Below, piece by piece: positions 58,703 through 64,000 of a stretch of 64,000 nt of DNA. Numbering within the stretch: the first letter of the stretch is position 1; the number at the start of each line of letters is the position of its first letter. Under the pieces are notes generated by a model that saw nothing but the letters and a program-made list of their open reading frames with translations, ran no database searches and was not told where the DNA came from. The stretch is taken from assembly GCA_051532055.1 (NCBI GenBank), contig JAOPTX010000008.1, positions 64,001-128,000 of the forward strand. The letters run 5' to 3'. This DNA is from Fibrobacterales bacterium. Its GTDB lineage: Bacteria; Fibrobacterota; Fibrobacteria; Fibrobacterales; JAOPTW01. Made by a program: the position numbers and the translations under genes.

Positions 58703-58949
58703 GGCTGGTACCGTTACCTATGGTTAAATGTTTTAAACTTATCAATATCACCTTCCAGAGTATCAAAAGTAAAACAATAAGGCATTACAAAAGTGTTTTA
58801 ACGCTGTTATTTAATCACAAGCCATCTTCTATATCAAAGTTGTACGCTATTTTAGATGAGATAGGGCATACAATACACCAAACCCATTCGTTATTTTTGT
58901 CACAGCCTTAATAATTTAATATTTGAGTACTACAAGACAGTTTCTTTTC

Positions 58950-59178
58950 GGCACTGACTAAAAATCTGTTCAGCCCGAGACGCTTGTATTGGATGAAGAT
59001 CGTGCAAGGCGAAGCCAATGCGAGAGACGCAAGAGAAGCGAACAAAGCAAATCCGACCAAACCGACCAGAACTCCTTGAGGCAGAGAGTCGTTAGATGTG
59101 AGGCATTGAAGGCAACTGCGTACACATGATACGCTGAGGCCTCAATAACGAAGCAGATGACTGATCTTTGCCCCAAGA
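58950..59178. repeat. GC-rich intergenic element, candidate MITE/REP-like insertion
   Basis: 50% GC over 58981-59160 within AT-rich flanks; nested TGAGGC/GCCTCA and GCGTA/TACGC stems; imperfect end similarity. Confidence 0.45.
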
Positions 59179-59180
59179 AT

Positions 59181-60026
59181 CTATTGAAAGCTTTTTAAGA
59201 GTTCAATCTCCTCAGCCCAAATTTCTTCATCAATAGTTTCGAGCACTAGAGGAATGCCATCAAAACGCTTATCCTTCATTACATATCGAAACACATCAAG
59301 CCCAAGGTTACCTTGTTCAAGACTATGGTGCCTATCCACTCGTGACCCAAACTCTGTTTTAGATCCATTAATATGCATACCTTTCAAATACTGAAAGCCA
59401 ACAATACGATCAAATTCAGACCAAAAATGCTCATTATCCTCTGGTGTTCTCAAATCATATCCCGAAACAAAGGTATGACAGGTATCTATGCAAACACCAA
59501 TACGGCTTTTATCATCCACAAGCTCAATAATCCGGGCGAGATGCTCTAGTTTATACCCTAGGTTGCTCCCTTGCCCTGCTGTGTTTTCAATGACACCTAT
59601 AATGGTAGGTTCTGCTGCAAAAGCAGTATTGAGTGATGTTGCTATAAACCTTAAGCACTCATCCTCAGTAATTTCTTTTAAATGGGACCCTGGATGAAAA
59701 TTGAGATATACTAAACCTAACTGGTTACAGCGTTCCAGTTCATGGATAAATGAATGTAAAGATTTTTCTCGTTTTTCAGGGTCGGGATGTCCAAGATTAA
59801 TAAGATAACTATCATGGGGAAGAATAGCTTCAGGAGGATAACCCAACTTTTTGCAATTTGCTTTGAAATTGATAATATTTTCTTCTGTTAAGGGCTTTGC
59901 CTTCCATTGACGTTGATTTTTAGTAAATAAGGCAAATCCAGATGCGCCAATTTTAGATGCATTAATAGGCGCATTCTCAACACCTCCAGCCGCTGATACA
60001 TGGGCTCCAATATATTTCATTTTCAA
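59181..60026 (-). CDS. nfo: Endonuclease IV
   Basis: [38 protein letters not shown]. Confidence 0.97.
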   Translation of the reverse strand: MKMKYIGAHVSAAGGVENAPINASKIGASGFALFTKNQRQWKAKPLTEENIINFKANCKKLGYPPEAILPHDSYLINLGHPDPEKREKSLHSFIHELERCNQLGLVYLNFHPGSHLKEITEDECLRFIATSLNTAFAAEPTIIGVIENTAGQGSNLGYKLEHLARIIELVDDKSRIGVCIDTCHTFVSGYDLRTPEDNEHFWSEFDRIVGFQYLKGMHINGSKTEFGSRVDRHHSLEQGNLGLDVFRYVMKDKRFDGIPLVLETIDEEIWAEEIELLKSFQ

Positions 60027-60270
60027 TCCAAGTCAAATTTTAGTGTTAAAATAGCTTTTAGAAGTTGGATGTAAACCACTTGTCTAAATACATAAACAAA
60101 TCAAATCAGATATGATAGAACTGTAATGTTTTAACGGTTCCCGCATGCACCTCATTACTGTTCATACAATGTTTATGTGTAATTTACATTTAGGTGCCGA
60201 CCAACCCATTTATCAACAAAATTTCAGCCTGCGTGATGTATATTTATGATACACAACACCAGAGGTAAGA

Positions 60271-61632
60271 ATGAGTTTTAAAAAAGATTTTGTTTGGGGG
60301 GCTGCTACTGCAGCGTATCAGATTGAAGGGAGTCACGATATCGATGGCAAGGGTCCCTCAGTCTGGGACACCTTTAGTGCTCTTTCGGGAAACACCTATA
60401 ATGGTGACACCGGTAACGTTGCCTGTGACTTTTACAATCGATATACCGACGATATTAAGCTAATGAAAGTCATCGGTCTCGACGCATTCCGACTCTCAAT
60501 TGCATGGACTCGGCTACTCCCTGATGGTATTGACCATGTTAATCAAAAAGGCATTGACTTCTATAATAGACTTTTTGATACCCTCCTTGAAAACGATATC
60601 ACCCCTTACCCAACACTATTTCACTGGGATTACCCCCAAGGCCTCTACACAAAAGGTGGCTGGCTCAATCCCGACGCCCCTAAATGGTTTGCCGAGTATG
60701 CAGATCTCGTTGCTTCGAAATTTTCAGACAGAATATCCAACTGGATGACCATCAATGAGCCACAAGTATTTATTAATATTGGGCATGGTCATGACCCCTG
60801 GAAAACTCATGCTCCTGGATCAAAACTCCCCTTTAAAGATCTTGCACAAATTGCCCACAATGTTATGGTTTCTCATGGACAATCAGTCTCGGCATTACGC
60901 GCCCATGGAACGAGTGATACTAAAATAGGTATCGCACCAGTGATCACCCCTACTCTTCCTGTAGACTCAAGTGAAGAAGCATACACCAATGCATACAATG
61001 ATTATATGACTACCTCGACTCGAGAACTATGGAGTCCTGGTTTCTATTTAGACCCTATCTATTTCGGCAAATACCATGAAGCTACGATAGAAGCGTTTGG
61101 AAGTGATATGCCTATTATTCAACAGGGAGATATGGAGCTTATTAACCAGCCAATTGACTTCATTGGAGCCAACACCTACTTTGGCATTAAAAAAGATTTT
61201 CAAGATGGACGCCTAATCAAAGAGAGTCCTAAGGAGCCCGGAGCGCCAACTACTGCTTTTGGCTGGCCTATTTGTGACGACGCCCTTTATTATGGGACCA
61301 AGTTTCTAAAGGACCGCTACGACCCAGAAATTTTTATTACGGAAAATGGAATGGCCAATAAAGATTGGATCTCACTTGATGGTAAGTGTCATGATCCTCA
61401 GCGAATTGACTTTCTTCACCGCTATATGAGTGGCCTTAAAAAAGCCGCCAGTGAGGGAGTAAATATTAGCGGTTATTTTCTCTGGTCACTTCTGGATAAT
61501 TTTGAATGGGAGGATGGATACCTACAACGATTTGGCATCATACATGTCGATTATAGCACTCAAAAGAGAACACTAAAAGACTCAGCTTATTGGTATCATG
61601 ATATCATAGAGAGCAATGGTGATTTGTTATAA
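60271..61632 (+). CDS. GH1 beta-glucosidase (cytoplasmic)
   Basis: FVWGAATAAYQIEG, TLFHWD, TINEP acid/base, ITENG nucleophile, WSLLDNFEW. Confidence 0.96.
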   Translation: MSFKKDFVWGAATAAYQIEGSHDIDGKGPSVWDTFSALSGNTYNGDTGNVACDFYNRYTDDIKLMKVIGLDAFRLSIAWTRLLPDGIDHVNQKGIDFYNRLFDTLLENDITPYPTLFHWDYPQGLYTKGGWLNPDAPKWFAEYADLVASKFSDRISNWMTINEPQVFINIGHGHDPWKTHAPGSKLPFKDLAQIAHNVMVSHGQSVSALRAHGTSDTKIGIAPVITPTLPVDSSEEAYTNAYNDYMTTSTRELWSPGFYLDPIYFGKYHEATIEAFGSDMPIIQQGDMELINQPIDFIGANTYFGIKKDFQDGRLIKESPKEPGAPTTAFGWPICDDALYYGTKFLKDRYDPEIFITENGMANKDWISLDGKCHDPQRIDFLHRYMSGLKKAASEGVNISGYFLWSLLDNFEWEDGYLQRFGIIHVDYSTQKRTLKDSAYWYHDIIESNGDLL

Positions 61633-61653
61633 TACATAGCATTACATAGATAA

Positions 61654-61687
61654 GAGTTCTAGAAGTGTTTTTGCATTTGTAGAACTC
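61654..61687. terminator. Hairpin between convergent genes
   Basis: GAGTTCTA...TAGAACTC 8-bp arms. Confidence 0.4.
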
Positions 61688-61689
61688 GA

Positions 61690-63618
61690 TTATGAATACA
61701 TTGTTTTAGGGCCGCTCCGTACAATGGGGAGTTCAATGCGAAAGGTAGATCCTCTCCCCAATCCTTTACTAGTAACTTGTAGGGTTCCCTTCATATCTTC
61801 CATGTAGTTTTTTGATGAGTAAAGTCCATACCCATGACCATCTCGTTTAGTAGTAAACCCTTTGGTAAACATATTCTCAAGATTATCAGAACTGATACCA
61901 CACCCGGCATCCTGTACAGCAAGACAGATTACTTCTCTATTACATTCTGTGGAGAGTCGAATAACACGATCATCTTCGGGCGTTTCATTCAAGGCTTCTT
62001 TTGCATTCTTAAACATATTTATCAAAACATGCATCACTTTTATTTTATCTCCAAATACCATCTCATTATTTCGATAATCTTTCTCAATAATTAATTGATG
62101 TTGAAAAATAGAGTTTTCTTGCATTACCACCACATCATCAAGAACCTCTTCAAGATAAAAGTGTTCAAAACCCGATGAGTTAGTATACCCTTGCTGAGCA
62201 TAGGTAATATTCTCAATAGCTTGCACTTTTGCTAGTACTTGATCGATCTCTTTCCGAGTCACCTTTACTTCATCTTTTAAATTTTCCTCGATCACGAGAT
62301 AATACTCCATTAGCTTTTTTCCACGAGGATCTTCTGAAACAAACAGTTCAATGGTATCCATATTATCACGAAGCATAGTATTAGCTAATTTAAGACCTTC
62401 AACAGCAGTCCCAGTTAGAATATCGCCTGACCGCTCTGCAGAAATTTTAAGACTATTTAAAAGGTTTTTTACATTGTGTAAAGTCATAGAAGTCAGGTCG
62501 GCAATTTCTTGTTTATACTCATTTTCTACCAATGTTTTTTCAGCCTGATTCAATTCTCTTGTAGTAACCGATACCTTCTCTTTTAATTGGAGATTAAGTT
62601 TTTCTATCTCTTTTTCATTTTCCTTAACACGAGTAATATCACTAAAGAGAATGATCTTACCAACGTTTATCTTAGCTTGAAACATATTTTTTTGAGTAAC
62701 TAAAAATGTTTGTACATCATCTCCTTTTCCAATCACAACCTCTTCGCCACTAAAGTTCATTTCAAAGCTATAGTGTGTGGGTAAAATATCACTCATAGTT
62801 TTACCCAATAGGTCTTCAAGCTTTTTACCCAAGGCAGATAATAGATACTGATTTGTCTCTATTATAATGCCCTTAGTATCTAATATTATCACCCCTTCAT
62901 CGAGCTGTTTGAAAATCGCACGCGCACTATTTTTCACATCAACCGTTAGGAAATTAAAACGAGCAATCGCAATAAATATACTCAGGGGAAGAAAGACCGA
63001 AAGCGTTGAACCCATTTGAGGAATCCAATTTATCTCTAAAATATTAGAGAGCAATACATTAAAAATAAGTATAAGTGCAAGCCCTATCCCTACCAGGGTC
63101 AACAAAAGAAATGATAACTTTTTTCTATTATCATCAGTGTCATGCCTAAACCTATCATACAACAACCAGAGCATATATCCCCCAGGAACAGAAGAGGTTA
63201 TGAATAAGACTGGTAAGTACAGCGGTCCAGTTGAAGGCCGATACCCCCAACTTTCTTGGATAGCATGATCAACGATAAGATTAGTTGACACCCCAAGGGT
63301 GGTGACAATAGCAACGAGAACAAATGATACATTGAGAAATCTATCACGAGGTTTTTCTAGAAAAACATAGACAAAGTTTAACAGTGCTACAGTAGCTGGA
63401 ACCCAAAATATTGTGGTAAAATGAACAATGAAATGACTCAAAATAAAATTATTAAAATGCCAACCAATGAAATCACACAACTGCCAACCAGTCAAAAAAA
63501 CAAGTGCAATAAGGAATGCTCTATTCACAGCACTTTTACGATCCATTGCAATAACAAATCCAAAAAGGAACACGCTAATTAACAACGCACCTAACGGAAA
63601 TAACTCATAGTAAAACAA
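61690..63618 (-). CDS. 7TM-PAS sensor histidine kinase (HisKA_7TM-like input)
   Basis: About 7 TM helices, PAS, LHNVKNLLNS H-box, NAKEA, DAGCG, FTTK..GHGYGL. Confidence 0.9.
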   Translation of the reverse strand: MFYYELFPLGALLISVFLFGFVIAMDRKSAVNRAFLIALVFLTGWQLCDFIGWHFNNFILSHFIVHFTTIFWVPATVALLNFVYVFLEKPRDRFLNVSFVLVAIVTTLGVSTNLIVDHAIQESWGYRPSTGPLYLPVLFITSSVPGGYMLWLLYDRFRHDTDDNRKKLSFLLLTLVGIGLALILIFNVLLSNILEINWIPQMGSTLSVFLPLSIFIAIARFNFLTVDVKNSARAIFKQLDEGVIILDTKGIIIETNQYLLSALGKKLEDLLGKTMSDILPTHYSFEMNFSGEEVVIGKGDDVQTFLVTQKNMFQAKINVGKIILFSDITRVKENEKEIEKLNLQLKEKVSVTTRELNQAEKTLVENEYKQEIADLTSMTLHNVKNLLNSLKISAERSGDILTGTAVEGLKLANTMLRDNMDTIELFVSEDPRGKKLMEYYLVIEENLKDEVKVTRKEIDQVLAKVQAIENITYAQQGYTNSSGFEHFYLEEVLDDVVVMQENSIFQHQLIIEKDYRNNEMVFGDKIKVMHVLINMFKNAKEALNETPEDDRVIRLSTECNREVICLAVQDAGCGISSDNLENMFTKGFTTKRDGHGYGLYSSKNYMEDMKGTLQVTSKGLGRGSTFRIELPIVRSGPKTMYS

Positions 63619-63674
63619 AAACTACCCTAAATGACTCTTTTGATTCTATTATACCGAAATTAAGGGTAAAATGC

Positions 63675-63707
63675 AAAAAAGAGTTCTACCCAGTGGGAAA
63701 ACTCTTT
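63675..63707 (-). terminator. Probable terminator
   Basis: AAAGAGTT...AACTC-TTTTTT on the minus strand after the partial gene. Confidence 0.6.
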
Positions 63708-63736
63708 ATAATTTTGATCAAAATTTGATTAAATCA

Positions 63737-64000
63737 CTATTTAAACATAAGATTAACACCCGTAAAAATAGCTTTCATATTCGCTATCAATGTATCATTA
63801 TGGACTCCCCTCCCCATAACCTGTTCTGCCTGATCACTACCATGACGCTTCAGTTTTATCTCAGAAAGTGCCCGTCCTGACCATTCATCATCACATTTTG
63901 CTACCACAGACTGCTTATACGAAACAAGGTCAATTTCAAATCCTTCTTCTCGTAACAAACGAATACAGGCCTCGATAGGCCCTTCTGCTGAGACAGATTT
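63737..64000 (-). CDS. Partial CDS (3' end), probably a LeuA-type allosteric regulatory domain
   Basis: Frame open to the window edge: KSVSAEGPIEACIRLL...LVSY...GRGVHNDTLIANMKAIFTGVN resembles the isopropylmalate synthase C-terminal domain. Confidence 0.55.
   Translation of the reverse strand, partial: KSVSAEGPIEACIRLLREEGFEIDLVSYKQSVVAKCDDEWSGRALSEIKLKRHGSDQAEQVMGRGVHNDTLIANMKAIFTGVNLMFK

Noticed and set aside
58970..59176. 68-aa ORF as a real gene
   Set aside because: TTG start 4 nt after the nfo stop, no recognisable motif, and it coincides with the repeat-like element
1663..63880. Numerous 60-185 aa ORFs overlapping longer genes (e.g. 21466..21900, 45574..45996, 53306..53863)
   Set aside because: Antisense or alternate-frame shadows of well-supported CDSs with no motifs; the His/Ile-rich ones mirror Asp-codon repeats

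Overview
64-kb AT-rich bacterial chromosomal segment. It is most likely from a Fibrobacterota organism; this is inferred from a TIGR02147-family gene, two fibro-slime (TIGR02148/PA14-like) lipoproteins and a Ser-rich lipoprotein. Housekeeping genes (coaBC, dnaB, mlaE/mlaF-like, hemB, yajC, def, valS, tkt, purL/purQ, nfo, tRNA-Arg(UCU), a probable leuA 3' end) are mixed with a dense signalling repertoire: 9 histidine kinases including CheA, 2 HD-GYP proteins, an HDOD protein, an RssB/RssC-like PP2C-STAS pair, and a chemosensory operon with two cheD genes but no cheW or MCP. No transposase, integrase, phage gene or CRISPR array was seen. The most notable items are: (1) a translationally coupled methyltransferase-bshC-bshB1-bshA block, a probable N-methyl-bacillithiol pathway, inside a longer operon with a pseudo-receiver and an unusual M23 peptidase; (2) an array of 23-nt covarying hairpins with GARUA pentaloops between mlaF and hemB; (3) tandem paralogous lipoproteins with 8-10 teneurin-like Cys/Asp repeats and a fibro-slime tip, one carrying a recent 111-bp repeat expansion; (4) a chimeric RssB/RssC module; (5) several candidate non-coding elements. 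All calls come from motif recognition by eye; no database searches were run.
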